This document shows, one piece after another, positions 45,490-55,542 of a stretch of 64,000 nucleotides of DNA. Both the position numbers and the translations under genes were made by a program. Source of the stretch: Thermoplasmata archaeon (GTDB lineage Archaea > Thermoplasmatota > Thermoplasmata > Lutacidiplasmatales > UBA184); NCBI GenBank assembly GCA_033854115.1, contig JAWOKS010000002.1, positions 9,984 through 73,983 of the forward strand. The letters are read 5' to 3'. The notes below the pieces were generated by a model that made no database searches, was not told the DNA's origin, and saw nothing but the letters and a program-made list of their open reading frames with translations. Every line of letters starts with the position of its first letter. Positions within the stretch are counted from its first letter, which is position 1.

Positions 45490-46143
45490 ATGGGGCTGCG
45501 GCTCCACCACGACGGTCGCTTCCGCCGCTGGCTGGGCGCGCGCTTCGGCCGGGACGAGGCGTTCGGCGACCGCCTCTGGCGCCGGTGCCTGCACGGCGTC
45601 GGCGCCGCGATCCTCCTCTACTACGCCGTACCCGACGGCTTCTTCCTGGTCGTGCCGAAGGCGGTGGTCCTCCTCGCGGCGCTCGCCGTCCTCGGGGTCC
45701 TCGAGCTCCTCCGGTTCACCATCGGCCTCGAGCTCCCGACGATCCGCGCCTACGAGGCCCGCCGACCGGCGAGCTACCTGTTCTACGCGGTCGCGCTCGT
45801 CGTCACGGTCCTCCTCTTCCCGAGGCCGGTCGCGGCCGCCGCCGTCCTCGGGACCGCGCTCGTCGACCCCTTGGTCGGCGAGCTGAGATCCGAGGCCCGC
45901 TGGGCCCGCCTCGAGACGGCCCTCCCCTTCGCGGTCTACACCGTGCTCGCGACGCTCGCGCTCGTCGTGGGGGGCGCCTGGCCGGTCCCGTGGGCCGTCG
46001 CGCTCGCCCTCGGGGCCGCGGCGATCGCGCTCGCCGTCGAGCGGCGGAAGCACCCGTGGCTCGACGACGACCTCACGATGACGCTCGCCCCGGCCCTCTT
46101 CCTCTACGGGCTCGGCGTCGTCGCGCTCGGGCTCGCGGGGTAG
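45490..46143 (+). CDS. integral membrane protein, function unknown
   Basis: 217 aa with about 6 hydrophobic helices. No confident family assignment. Confidence 0.6.
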   Translation: MGLRLHHDGRFRRWLGARFGRDEAFGDRLWRRCLHGVGAAILLYYAVPDGFFLVVPKAVVLLAALAVLGVLELLRFTIGLELPTIRAYEARRPASYLFYAVALVVTVLLFPRPVAAAAVLGTALVDPLVGELRSEARWARLETALPFAVYTVLATLALVVGGAWPVPWAVALALGAAAIALAVERRKHPWLDDDLTMTLAPALFLYGLGVVALGLAG

Positions 46144-46147
46144 GGTC

Positions 46148-47707
46148 CTAGACGACCGGGGTCAGGACGGCGTGCGGGGCCCCCTTCTGGGGGTCCGGGC
46201 TGATCGCGTAGATCGTCGTCCGCGGCCGGATCCCGTAGATGCACGGCGCGTTGTCGATGTTGACGATCCGGAAGTACGTGTCCATCATGTTGAGGATCTC
46301 GCTCGAGACGAGGAGCCCGGGCTTGAGGAGCCCGATCCCAAGGTTCCCGACGTGCTTCGTGCGGGAGACCCCGGAGAAGTACATCCGGATCGCGACCTGG
46401 TCGCCCATCAGGCTCTCGAACGTGTCGAACGCCATGTACTCGATGAACGGGCGCCGGTCGGGGCCTGCGGCCGCCTTCTCGGCGGTCACCATCGCCCGCA
46501 TCGCCTCGTCGCGGCCGAACCGGGCCATGGGGAGGATGTACGGTTCCTCGGTCTCGGCGACCGTGTAGTCCGGGATGCGCACGCGCGTGTCGAAGTGGCT
46601 CGGCGGGACGTACCGCACGAGCGCCTCGCGGAGCTTCTCCGGCGACTCCCCCGCGGCGAGGACCGCGATCATCCCCCGGCCCTGGCCGAGGAAGTTGAGG
46701 AACGTCGGCGTGAACAGCATGTAGTAGTCGTCGACGCCGACGTTCACGTCGACCTCGAAGGCGTTGAAGCTCCCGCGGCGGAGCCCGCCGCCGAGGAGCG
46801 CGTCGAAGTCCGGGATCCCGGTCGAGTAGAAGCGCTCCGGGTCCGGCAGCGGCGTCCAGCTCGCGCTCGAGCCCTTACCGTTGAACGGGCTCTCGAACCC
46901 GAGGGCTTCGAAGCGGCCGCCGTTGAGCGTCACCGCGTAGCGGGCGCGCCCGATGTTGGTCGCGCGGAGCTTCTCGAGGCGGAGATGGCGGACGCGTCGC
47001 TCGTCGAGCTCCTCGCGCTGGATCGAGATGAGGCCGTCGACGAGGTACTCGATCCCGCCGGCCTCGGGCTTCTCGAGGATCATCACGACGTCCGTGCTGG
47101 ACGCCTCCACGAGGTCCTTCTGGAGGGCCATCACGAACTCTTCCATCTCGAGACCGTACTTGTGGGTCACCCCCTCGAGGGAGTCGATGACGAGGAGCGA
47201 CTTCTCCGGAAGCGCCCGCTCGATGCGGTTGTAGACGTTCTCGACCTCGGGCATCGGGCTGCGCTTCAGGAGCGCGCCGAGGTGCGTGCGGTCGACCCGC
47301 GTCGGCGGCCCGTGCTCCTGGCCGAAGCTGCCGAGGACGTCGCGGCCGGCCTTGATCTTCCGCGCCTCGCTCTCGGGGATCTCGGGGCGGCCGCCCTTCG
47401 CCTCGGCCTGGACGGTGTCGAGGAACAGCTTCGCCGAGTCGAGGATCCGCGAGCGCATCTCGCTCGTCTTGAGCCACGGGAACTGGCGCCAGAGCGACTC
47501 GTCCCCGACCCGCGTGGAGAGGTAGAACGAGCGGCTCGGCTGGCCGACGCGCTCGAGCAGCTCGAGCCCGAAGGTGGTCTTGCCGGTGCCCGCGCCGCCC
47601 TTGATGATCAGCGACCGGCCACCCTTTCCGCTCAGGAACGAGACCACTTCGGGAGGGACCCCTCCCACTGCCTGCCCGTTGTTCGCGCTCATGGTGCTTC
47701 GGGGCAC
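46148..47707 (-). CDS. KaiC/GvpD-like RecA-superfamily ATPase
   Basis: VVSFLSGKGGRSLIIKGGAGTGKTTFGLELLE resembles the GvpD/KaiC-like P-loop N-terminus. 519 aa, apparently two domains. Confidence 0.75.
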   Translation of the reverse strand: MPRSTMSANNGQAVGGVPPEVVSFLSGKGGRSLIIKGGAGTGKTTFGLELLERVGQPSRSFYLSTRVGDESLWRQFPWLKTSEMRSRILDSAKLFLDTVQAEAKGGRPEIPESEARKIKAGRDVLGSFGQEHGPPTRVDRTHLGALLKRSPMPEVENVYNRIERALPEKSLLVIDSLEGVTHKYGLEMEEFVMALQKDLVEASSTDVVMILEKPEAGGIEYLVDGLISIQREELDERRVRHLRLEKLRATNIGRARYAVTLNGGRFEALGFESPFNGKGSSASWTPLPDPERFYSTGIPDFDALLGGGLRRGSFNAFEVDVNVGVDDYYMLFTPTFLNFLGQGRGMIAVLAAGESPEKLREALVRYVPPSHFDTRVRIPDYTVAETEEPYILPMARFGRDEAMRAMVTAEKAAAGPDRRPFIEYMAFDTFESLMGDQVAIRMYFSGVSRTKHVGNLGIGLLKPGLLVSSEILNMMDTYFRIVNIDNAPCIYGIRPRTTIYAISPDPQKGAPHAVLTPVV

Positions 47708-47819
47708 CGCGGTCGGCGCGAGGGTCCCGACGCCCGTCGTACCATCCAGCGTCCCGGCTCGAAATGGGGGAGTTCGCCTAGAAAAGGGTTGTCCTCGGGA
47801 CGCGGACCCCCGGAGGGCG

Positions 47820-50384
47820 CTAGGACTGGGCCGCCGACCGGGCGGCGGCGCGCGCGGCCCCGAGCGCGGCCGCGAGCGGCGCGCCGGGCTCGCCGACGGC
47901 GGTCGCCGCCGACATGTTGCCGCCTCCCTTGCCCCCGAACGCGCCCTTCGCCGCCTCCACCAGGCGCGCGGCCGAGATCCCGGGGGCGGTCGAGCCGACG
48001 AAGAGCGTGCCTTTGCCGTCCCGCTCCCCGGCGAGGACGACGACCCGGCCCTCGACCTTGGAGAGCAGCCGCGAGAGCTCGGTGAGCCCCGCCCGGTCGA
48101 GATCGACCTGCGCCGCGACGATCGTGGTCGCGCCGACGGTCTCGGTGCGCGCGGGGTCCGCGAGGAGCTCGCTCGCCACGCTCCCGAGGTCGCTCTTCTG
48201 GCGCGCCCGGGCGCTCCGTCGCGCCTCCTCGACCTCGCCGAGGAGCCGGTCGATCCCGTCGGGGAGCCGGTCGACCGCGACGCCGAGGCGCTGCGCCGCC
48301 TCCTTGAGGATCGCCTCGTGCTCCTCCCGGACCTCGAGCGCCCGCTCGCCGCTCGCGAAGGAGAGCCGCACGATGCCGTCCTGGATGCGCTCGACGTCGA
48401 GGAGCGCGATCGCGCCGACCTCGCTCGTGTGGGTGCAGTGGGTCCCCCCGCAGGCCTCGACGTCGAACCCCTCGACCTCGACGATGCGGAGGTCCTTCCC
48501 CGGGACCGCGCCGCCCTGGTAGAGGGTGAACCCGAACCTCCGCTCCGCCTCGGTGCGCGTCTCGAAGTAGCTGCGGACCGGCCGGTCCTCCCGGACGACC
48601 GCGTTGACCCGGCGGTCGACCTTCCGGAGCTCGTCCGGGGTGAGCGCCTTGTAGTGCGTGATGTCGATCCGTGCGACCTCGGGCGCCTTGTGGGCCCCGG
48701 CCTGCCAGACGTGGGGGCCGAGGACCTCCCGGAGCGCGCCGTTCAGGAGGTGGGTCGCGGTGTGGTGCTGCATCAGCTGCGTCCGGCGGACCGGGTCGAT
48801 CTTCCCCCGGACCCGCTCGCCGACGTGGAGCGGGGCCGGCCGCTCGAGCCGGTGGAGGACGTAGGGACCGCGGCGGCCGACGTCGACGACCTCGAGGTCG
48901 CCGAGGTGGCCCCGGTCCGCCACCTGGCCCCCTCCCGTCGGGTAGAAGTACGTCCGGTCGAGGACGACGTGCGGTCCGTCCACGTGGACGACGTGGGCGT
49001 CGAACGAGACGGTGTACGGGTCGAGGTAGTAGAGGACTTCGGTCGGGGGTACGGTCGCCGGCACCTCGGGGAACCCCTCGCTCGCGTCGACGTAGTCGGT
49101 GGTCGGTTGCTCGGACTCGTGGTGGGCCGCGACCTGCGCGTAGAAGTCGTCCGGGATCGGGGGCGGGTTCGCGAGCTCCGCGACCGCGACGTCGGGCGGG
49201 ACCCCGAGGGAGTCGTACCAGCGCAGGAGGTCGTCCCCCGAGACCCGCCCGCCTTCCGCGTGGACCTTCGCCTCGTGGCGCCGGATCGTCTGGCGGGCCC
49301 GCTCGATCGCCTCGCGGTAGCGCTCGGTCTCGGCCTCCACGACGCGCTCGAGGTCGTCGCGATGCTCGCCGATCTCGGGGAAGTCGCGGGCGAGCTCCCG
49401 GCCAGTCCGCTCGAGGACCGCGGGGAGGGTCGGCGGGTCCGTCCCCTTCGCGAGGACCTGGAGCGCGCGGCGGATCAGGAGGCGGGCGAAGTAGCCCTCC
49501 TTGCTGTTCGACGGGACGACCCCGTCCGTGAGGAGGAAGTTGAGCGCGCGGGCGTGGTCGACGAGGATCGCCGCCTCGCGCGGGCCGAACGACCGGCGGA
49601 GCTCGTCGTAGGCGGAGCCGAACGCCGCCTCGTAGACCGTCTTCGTCCCCTGGCTCGCCCACGTGAGGCGCTCGAGCCCGTAGCCGGTGTCGACGACCGT
49701 GAGCGGCATCGGGCGGGTCGAGGCACCGTCCCGGACGTACTCCATGAAGACGAGGGTCGCGACCTCGAGCCCGGAGACGCTCACGCTGAGCGACGGGCCG
49801 AGGTTCCCCCCGCCCTCCCAGACCTCCTCCTTGTAGGTGAACGCTCCCGGCTCCGCCCCGAGCTCCTCGGTCATGAACCGGTGGCACAGCTCGACCGTGC
49901 GCTCCTTGAAGTAGACCTCGTGGTCGGGCCGGTTGAACGCGTGGTGCGCGAGCATCTCGAACAGCGTCAGGTGCCGGCCGCTGCGGCCGACCTCTTCGAG
50001 GTCGATGAACCGGAGCGACGGCTGCGAGATCGTGAGGGGGTTCGCGGGCGGCGGGATCGCCCCGCCCGTCACCCACGGCTGGAAGTCGTAGATCGACGCC
50101 TGGGTGAAGAAGACGTCGTTGCGCCACCGCGCGACCGTGGGATAGCGCCGGAGGCGCTGGTGGCCGCGGCGTTCGAAGTAGCCGAGGAACGCCTCGCGCA
50201 TCTCGCGGAGCTGGTGGGGACGGCGGAACACCGGGTGGCCGACGAAGCCGTAGGTCCGGCACGGGGCCTCCTGGCAGCGGTCGTGCTCCCCGAGGGTCCA
50301 GAACGCGGAGCCGCAGACGACGCACGTCCGGCGGTGAAAGCCGCCCTGGTGGAAGAACGCGAGGTCGTACTCCGCGGGGTCCAT
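47820..50384 (-). CDS. alaS: alanyl-tRNA synthetase (archaeal type)
   Basis: Zn-binding N-terminus CVVCGSAFW...C, catalytic core, editing-domain HHTATHLL and CGGTHC motifs. Confidence 0.95.
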   Translation of the reverse strand: MDPAEYDLAFFHQGGFHRRTCVVCGSAFWTLGEHDRCQEAPCRTYGFVGHPVFRRPHQLREMREAFLGYFERRGHQRLRRYPTVARWRNDVFFTQASIYDFQPWVTGGAIPPPANPLTISQPSLRFIDLEEVGRSGRHLTLFEMLAHHAFNRPDHEVYFKERTVELCHRFMTEELGAEPGAFTYKEEVWEGGGNLGPSLSVSVSGLEVATLVFMEYVRDGASTRPMPLTVVDTGYGLERLTWASQGTKTVYEAAFGSAYDELRRSFGPREAAILVDHARALNFLLTDGVVPSNSKEGYFARLLIRRALQVLAKGTDPPTLPAVLERTGRELARDFPEIGEHRDDLERVVEAETERYREAIERARQTIRRHEAKVHAEGGRVSGDDLLRWYDSLGVPPDVAVAELANPPPIPDDFYAQVAAHHESEQPTTDYVDASEGFPEVPATVPPTEVLYYLDPYTVSFDAHVVHVDGPHVVLDRTYFYPTGGGQVADRGHLGDLEVVDVGRRGPYVLHRLERPAPLHVGERVRGKIDPVRRTQLMQHHTATHLLNGALREVLGPHVWQAGAHKAPEVARIDITHYKALTPDELRKVDRRVNAVVREDRPVRSYFETRTEAERRFGFTLYQGGAVPGKDLRIVEVEGFDVEACGGTHCTHTSEVGAIALLDVERIQDGIVRLSFASGERALEVREEHEAILKEAAQRLGVAVDRLPDGIDRLLGEVEEARRSARARQKSDLGSVASELLADPARTETVGATTIVAAQVDLDRAGLTELSRLLSKVEGRVVVLAGERDGKGTLFVGSTAPGISAARLVEAAKGAFGGKGGGNMSAATAVGEPGAPLAAALGAARAAARSAAQS

Positions 50385-50454
50385 CGGGGCACGGCTACTC
50401 CCGTACCGTCTTAAGCTCCCGTCGCGGCTGACGGCCGGGAGGAGGCCGGCCGGC

Positions 50455-51699
50455 GTGCAGGACGGTCGCTCCGCGGCGTCGCCGGGCGGGGGAGGGCCGG
50501 GCGCCGTCGCCGTCCCGGCAGGCCGGACCCGCGCGACCGCGACGCTGATCGCGCTCCGGTTCGGCTACGCCTACAACTGGTTCGACATCGGGCCCGCGCT
50601 CCCGAGGATCGGGTCGACGTTCGCGGTCGGCCCGGACCAGTGGGGCCTCCTCGTCGCGGTCTTCCTCGTCGGCGCGGGCGTCCTCCAGGTCCCCGCGGGG
50701 CTCCTCGCGCGGCGCCACGGCGCCCGCTCGGTGGCGCTCGCCGGCGCCGCCCTCCTCGGCGCCGCGGCGCTCGCGGGAGCTTTCGCCCCGTCGTTCGCGC
50801 TCCTCCTCGCGAGCCGCCTCGTCGCGGGCGCGGGAGCGGGCCTCTTCTTCGCCCCCGCGATCGGGCTCGTCGGGGCCTACTTCGGTCCCGGGGAGCGGGG
50901 GGTCCCCGTCGGAACCTTCTCCTCGGCGTTCAGCGCGGGGGCGGCGGGAGGGGTCGTCGGGTCCGCGTTCCTCGTCCCCCTCCTCGACTGGCGGGCGAGC
51001 CTTGCGCTCGGCGCAGGCGCGCTCCTCGCCCTCACGCTGGTCGGCCAGCTCCTGGTCCCCCCCGCCCCGGGTGGGGCGACGGGCCCCACGCCGGCGCCCG
51101 TTCGTCGCAGCTCCGCCTGGAGGGGCCGGGCGGTCCTCGCCATCGGGCTCGGCTTCGTCGGGTTCGAGGGCGCGAACTTCGCGACCGGCCAGTTCGTCGT
51201 CCCGTTCGCCGAGATCGCGCGCGGCTGGCCGGTCTGGATCGCGGGCGTCGTCGGGGCCGCGTTCGTCCTGCCGAGCGTCGTCGGGGGGCCGGTCGGCGGG
51301 GTCGTCGCGGAGCGGCACCGCAATCACCGGACCCAGTTCGTCGTCGTGACCGCGCTCGGGGCTGGGGCCCTCACCGCGCTTCCCCTCGCCGGGGTCGCGG
51401 CCGCGGTGGCGATAGGTTCCGCGTTCTCGTTCGCCTACGGGTTCGTCTACGCGGTGATGTACGTCCTGCCCCACTACTGGAAGGAGCTGCCCGCCGAGGA
51501 GATCCCGCTCGCGATCGGGCTCTTCAACGGGATCCAGCTCGGCGGCGGGGCGTCGGTGGCGCTCGTCTTCGGGGTCCTCGTCGGGAGCTGGTCGTACGCC
51601 GCGGCGTGGGAGTTCGCCGCGCTCGTCCAGGTCGCGGCCCTCGTCGCGCTCGTCGCGCTCCCCGCGACCGCCGGGGGTCGTCCTCGGGCCGGGGGGTAG
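50455..51699 (+). CDS. MFS transporter
   Basis: About 12 TM segments, 414 aa. Loop motif LLARRHGAR between TM2 and TM3. Confidence 0.8.
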   Translation: MQDGRSAASPGGGGPGAVAVPAGRTRATATLIALRFGYAYNWFDIGPALPRIGSTFAVGPDQWGLLVAVFLVGAGVLQVPAGLLARRHGARSVALAGAALLGAAALAGAFAPSFALLLASRLVAGAGAGLFFAPAIGLVGAYFGPGERGVPVGTFSSAFSAGAAGGVVGSAFLVPLLDWRASLALGAGALLALTLVGQLLVPPAPGGATGPTPAPVRRSSAWRGRAVLAIGLGFVGFEGANFATGQFVVPFAEIARGWPVWIAGVVGAAFVLPSVVGGPVGGVVAERHRNHRTQFVVVTALGAGALTALPLAGVAAAVAIGSAFSFAYGFVYAVMYVLPHYWKELPAEEIPLAIGLFNGIQLGGGASVALVFGVLVGSWSYAAAWEFAALVQVAALVALVALPATAGGRPRAGG

Positions 51700-52372
51700 G
51701 CCGGCCGTCCCGGCGCGCCCGTCCGGTGGCGCAGAGGTCCGCGATCGGGCAGATCTCGCAGCGGGGCCCGATCGGGCGGCAGAGGTTCTGGCCGTGCTGG
51801 ACGAGGATCGGGTTGAGCGGGATCCAGTAGCGGTCCGCGACGAGCTGCCGGAGCCGCTCCTCGGTCTCCTCGGGGGTCCGGGTCCGCACGACCCCGAGGC
51901 GGTTCGCGATCCGGTGAACGTGGGTGTCGACCGGGATCGCGGGGATGCCGTAGCCGAAGACGAGGACGCAGTTCGCCGTCTTCGGTCCGACCCCGGGGAG
52001 CGCCGTGAGGAGCTCGAACGACGGGGGCACGTCGCCCGCGTGCCGCTCGAGAAGCGCCCGGGCGCACGCCCGGATCACCCGGCTCTTCGTCCGGTAGAAG
52101 CCGACCGGCCGGATGAGGCGCGCGAGCTCGGTAGGACGGGCCTGCGCGAGGCTCCGCGGGTCCGGGTAGCGCGCGAAGAGCCGGGCGGTCGCGACGTCCG
52201 TCGCCTCGTCCCGGGTGCGCTGGGAGAGGATCGTCCCCACGAGGACCTGGAACGGGTTCTCCGCGTGGTCGCGCAGGTAGGGCCGCCGCCAGTCGCCGCG
52301 GTGATAGAGGGAGCTCAGGCGGTCGAGCAGCTCCTCCCACGGGAACCTCGCGGCGGCGCGGCTCGCGGTCAC
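51524..52372 (-). CDS. nth: endonuclease III (DNA glycosylase/AP lyase) with Arg/Pro-rich C-terminal tail
   Basis: GTGA overlap with the folC stop. HhH LPGVGPKTANCVL, VDTHVHR, 4Fe-4S CRPIGPRCEICPIADLC. Confidence 0.9.
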   Translation of the reverse strand: MTASRAAARFPWEELLDRLSSLYHRGDWRRPYLRDHAENPFQVLVGTILSQRTRDEATDVATARLFARYPDPRSLAQARPTELARLIRPVGFYRTKSRVIRACARALLERHAGDVPPSFELLTALPGVGPKTANCVLVFGYGIPAIPVDTHVHRIANRLGVVRTRTPEETEERLRQLVADRYWIPLNPILVQHGQNLCRPIGPRCEICPIADLCATGRARRDGRPTPRPEDDPRRSRGARRARRGPRPGRARRTPTPRRTTSSRRGPRRRAPPTPRRRAGSR

Positions 52373-53778
52373 GGGGTCTCCGGCCGCTCGTGGCCCGGGT
52401 CGCTCAGGTCGGGCTCGTCCGACGCCGACGGCCCGCGGAGGAGCTCGCCGACGAGGTAGTCGCTCCCGATCACGAGCGTGAGCCCGTCCGGGCCGGTCGC
52501 GGCGCGCGCGAGCCGGACGCCGTCCGCCGCGCTCGGGGCGAGGACGATCCTCGGGAACCGGCCGCTCGCGGCCGCGCGGATCTCCGCGATCGGCATCCCC
52601 CGTTCGGAGCGGACGGGGACGACGACGAGGCTCGTCGCGAGCGGAGCGAGGGCGTCGAGGATCCGCGGGACGTCCTTGCCGCGGAGGCATCCGAAGACGA
52701 TCGCGCTCGAGGTCGGGTCGGCGAGCGGGGCGATCTCGGCGAGGCTCGCCGCGACCGCGCGCGCGCTCCCCGGGGTGTGGGCGACATCGTAGAACAGCTC
52801 AGGCGAGCGCGCGACCCGCTCGAGCCGGCCCGGGATCCGGACCCGGTCGAGCGCGCGGCGCACCGCCTCCGGCTCGAGCCTCTCGCCGACGGCATCGAGG
52901 AAGCGGGCGGCCGCGGCGGTCGCGAGCGCCGCGTTGCCGACCTGAAAGCCGCCGAGCAGCGGAAGGTGGACCTTCCCGACCTCGAACCCGGGCCCGGCGA
53001 GGACGACCTCCTGGCCGTCCGCGTCGAGGTCGGTCCGTTCCGCGCGGACCTCGCGTCCGAGCCACCAGAGCGGCACGCCCTCGCGAGCGGCGGCCCTTGC
53101 GATCGGCGCGGCCGCCTCGGGGGGGACGTCGCCGACGACGCCGCGCATGCCGCGGTGGAGGATCCCGGCCTTCTCGGTCGCGATCGCCTCCAGCGTCGAG
53201 CCGAGGAGGTCCGTGTGCTCGAGCTCGACGGTTGTGACCACGCCGACCCGGCTCGCGAGCACGTTCGTCGCGTCGAGACGCCCGCCGATCCCGACCTCGA
53301 CGACCGCGGCCCACGCTCCGCTCCGCGCGAACCAGTCGAACGCGAGGGCGGTCGTGATCTCGAAGAACGTGGGTTCGCGCCCGATCGCCCCCTCCGCGCG
53401 GAGGCGCTCCGCGGCCCCTTCGACCCGTGCGAGCCCGTCGGCGACCTCCTCGGGACGGATCTCGCGGCCGCCGAGGCGGATCCGCTCCCGGTAGCTCGCG
53501 AGGTGCGGCGACGTGAAGAGACCGGTCGGCCGGCCGTGCGCGTCGAGGATCGCCGCGGCCATGGTCGCGACGCTCCCCTTGCCCTTGCTGCCCGTGACGT
53601 GGACGCTCGGGAACGCGCGTTCGGGGTGGCCGAGCGCCTCGAACAGCGCCTGGACGACCTCAAGCCCCGGCTGGAGCCCGAAGCGTCGCCGGGCGTAGAG
53701 CGCGGCGAGCGCGGCGCGGTACCGGTCCCGGCCGGCGACGGCGGCGCGGACCGTCCCGGAGGTCGCCTTCCCCTTCAC
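52369..53778 (-). CDS. folC: folylpolyglutamate synthase/dihydrofolate synthase (Mur ligase family)
   Basis: VHVTGSKGKGS P-loop, TSPHL, two-domain Mur-ligase layout. Confidence 0.8.
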   Translation of the reverse strand: MKGKATSGTVRAAVAGRDRYRAALAALYARRRFGLQPGLEVVQALFEALGHPERAFPSVHVTGSKGKGSVATMAAAILDAHGRPTGLFTSPHLASYRERIRLGGREIRPEEVADGLARVEGAAERLRAEGAIGREPTFFEITTALAFDWFARSGAWAAVVEVGIGGRLDATNVLASRVGVVTTVELEHTDLLGSTLEAIATEKAGILHRGMRGVVGDVPPEAAAPIARAAAREGVPLWWLGREVRAERTDLDADGQEVVLAGPGFEVGKVHLPLLGGFQVGNAALATAAAARFLDAVGERLEPEAVRRALDRVRIPGRLERVARSPELFYDVAHTPGSARAVAASLAEIAPLADPTSSAIVFGCLRGKDVPRILDALAPLATSLVVVPVRSERGMPIAEIRAAASGRFPRIVLAPSAADGVRLARAATGPDGLTLVIGSDYLVGELLRGPSASDEPDLSDPGHERPETP

Positions 53779-53799
53779 GCCCCGGCCCGAACGAACCCG

Positions 53800-55518
53800 T
53801 CAGTACGTCGACCGCTCGCGGTAGGACCCGTAGACGTCCTGGAAGGCGCGGACGATCTCGCCGAGCGTCGCGCGGGCGCGCAGGGCGTCCAGGACGGCCG
53901 GCATCGTGTTCCCGTCCTCGGTCGCCGCGACCCGGCGGAGGCGGTCGAGCGCCGCGGCGTGCTTCCGCGGGTCGCGCCGGGCGCGCAGCGCGCGGAGGTG
54001 CCGGCTCTGACGCCGCCGGGCCTCCTCGGAGATGCGCAGGCGGGGCACCCGGATCGGCTCGTCGATCGTGTAGGCGTTGACCCCCACGACCTTCGCGTCG
54101 CCGGTCTCGACCGCCCGCTGGTAGCGGAACGCCGCCTCCTGGATCTCCTTCTGGAAGAACCCCCGCTCGATGCCGGCGACGACGCCCCCGAGCTGGTCGA
54201 TCCGGTCGAAGTACTTCCGGGTCTCCTCCTCCATCCGGTCCGTGAGCCACTCGACGTAGTAGCTCCCCCCGAACGGGTCGATCGTCTCCGCGAGGCCCGT
54301 CTCGTGGGCGAGGATCTGCTGGGTCCGGAGCGCGATGCGCACCGCGTCCTCGCTCGGGAGCTGGAGCGCCTCGTCGAAGGAGTTGGTGTGGAGCGACTGG
54401 GTCCCGCCCGCGACCCCGGCGAGCGCCTGGACCGTCGTGCGGACGATGTTGAGCTCGGGCTGCTGGGCGGTGCACGAGCAGCCGGCCGTCTGGGTGTGGA
54501 ACCGGAGCCACCGGGAACGCTCCTTGCGGGCGCCGAACTCCTCCCGCATCACCTGCGCCCAGACCCGCCGGGCGGCCCGGTACTTCGCGACCTCCTCGAA
54601 GAGGTCGTTGTGGGCGTTGAAGAAGAACGACAGGCGCGGCGCGAACTCGTCGACGTCGAGGCCCCGCGCGATCGCCTCCTTCACGTAGGTGCGCCCGTCG
54701 GCGAGCGTGAACGCGAGCTCCTGGACCGCGGTCGAGCCGGCCTCGCGGATGTGGTAGCCCGAGATCGACACCGGGTTCCAGCGGGGGGTCGCGCGGCTCG
54801 CGTGCTCGATCGTGTCGATGACGAGGCGGAGCGCCGGCTTCGGGGGGTAGAGGAACTCCTTCTGCGCGATGTACTCCTTCAGGATGTCGTTCTGCGTCGT
54901 GCCGCCAAGGGCCGTGAGGGGCAGGCGGTGCGCGGTCCCCGTGAGGAGGTACATCCCCCAGACGATGTTCGCGGGGGCGTTGATCGTCATGCTCGTCGTG
55001 ACGCGGTCGAGCGGGATCCCGCGGAGGAGCCGGCCCATGTCGTCGAGCGAGCTCACGTTCACGCCGCACTTCCCGACCTCACCGAGCGACTCCGGGTCGT
55101 CGGCGTCGAGTCCGTAGAGCGTCGGATCGTCGAACGCGATCGAGAGCCCGGTCTCGCCGTGGGCGAGGAGGTAGTGGAACCGACGGTTCGTGTCCTCGGG
55201 CGAACCGAACCCCGAGAACATCCGCATCGACCAGACCCGGCCCCGGTACATCGTTGGGTGGATCCCGCGGGTGTACGGCGGCTGGCCCGGGTAGCCGATC
55301 CGGCCCGCAGGGTCGGGGACGGAGCGGGGGGTGTAGAGCCGGTCGACCGGGAGCCCTCCGAGCGTCGCGAACGACGCGCGCCGTTCCGGCCCCTTCGCGA
55401 GCGCGGGGCCGAGGACCTCGTGCTCCCAGCGCCGTTGCGCCTCCTCGAGCGGGTCCCCAGCCGAAGGCGGGACGGCCCCGGGCCGGCCCTCGGGGCCGGT
55501 CGGTCGGGCGGCGGCCAT
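53800..55518 (-). CDS. methylmalonyl-CoA mutase, large (catalytic) subunit
   Basis: PPYTRGIHPTMYRGRVWSMRMFSGFGSPEDTNRRFHYLL, SIAFD, TQTAGCSCTAQQP. Confidence 0.95.
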   Translation of the reverse strand: MAAARPTGPEGRPGAVPPSAGDPLEEAQRRWEHEVLGPALAKGPERRASFATLGGLPVDRLYTPRSVPDPAGRIGYPGQPPYTRGIHPTMYRGRVWSMRMFSGFGSPEDTNRRFHYLLAHGETGLSIAFDDPTLYGLDADDPESLGEVGKCGVNVSSLDDMGRLLRGIPLDRVTTSMTINAPANIVWGMYLLTGTAHRLPLTALGGTTQNDILKEYIAQKEFLYPPKPALRLVIDTIEHASRATPRWNPVSISGYHIREAGSTAVQELAFTLADGRTYVKEAIARGLDVDEFAPRLSFFFNAHNDLFEEVAKYRAARRVWAQVMREEFGARKERSRWLRFHTQTAGCSCTAQQPELNIVRTTVQALAGVAGGTQSLHTNSFDEALQLPSEDAVRIALRTQQILAHETGLAETIDPFGGSYYVEWLTDRMEEETRKYFDRIDQLGGVVAGIERGFFQKEIQEAAFRYQRAVETGDAKVVGVNAYTIDEPIRVPRLRISEEARRRQSRHLRALRARRDPRKHAAALDRLRRVAATEDGNTMPAVLDALRARATLGEIVRAFQDVYGSYRERSTY

Positions 55519-55542
55519 CGGCGTGCGGAGGCGCTCGGGGTC

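Noticed and set aside
47574-50414. 946-aa plus-strand ORF, plus the 878-aa minus-strand ORF in another frame
   Set aside because: Both overlap alaS, whose frame (47820-50384, minus) carries the conserved AlaRS motifs. These alternatives are Arg/Pro/Gly-rich.
52373-52690. Upstream 106 codons of the track ORF containing nth
   Set aside because: This part overlaps the folC 3' end in another frame and is Arg/Pro-rich. GTG 52372 overlaps the folC stop (GTGA) and precedes the conserved Nth N-terminus.
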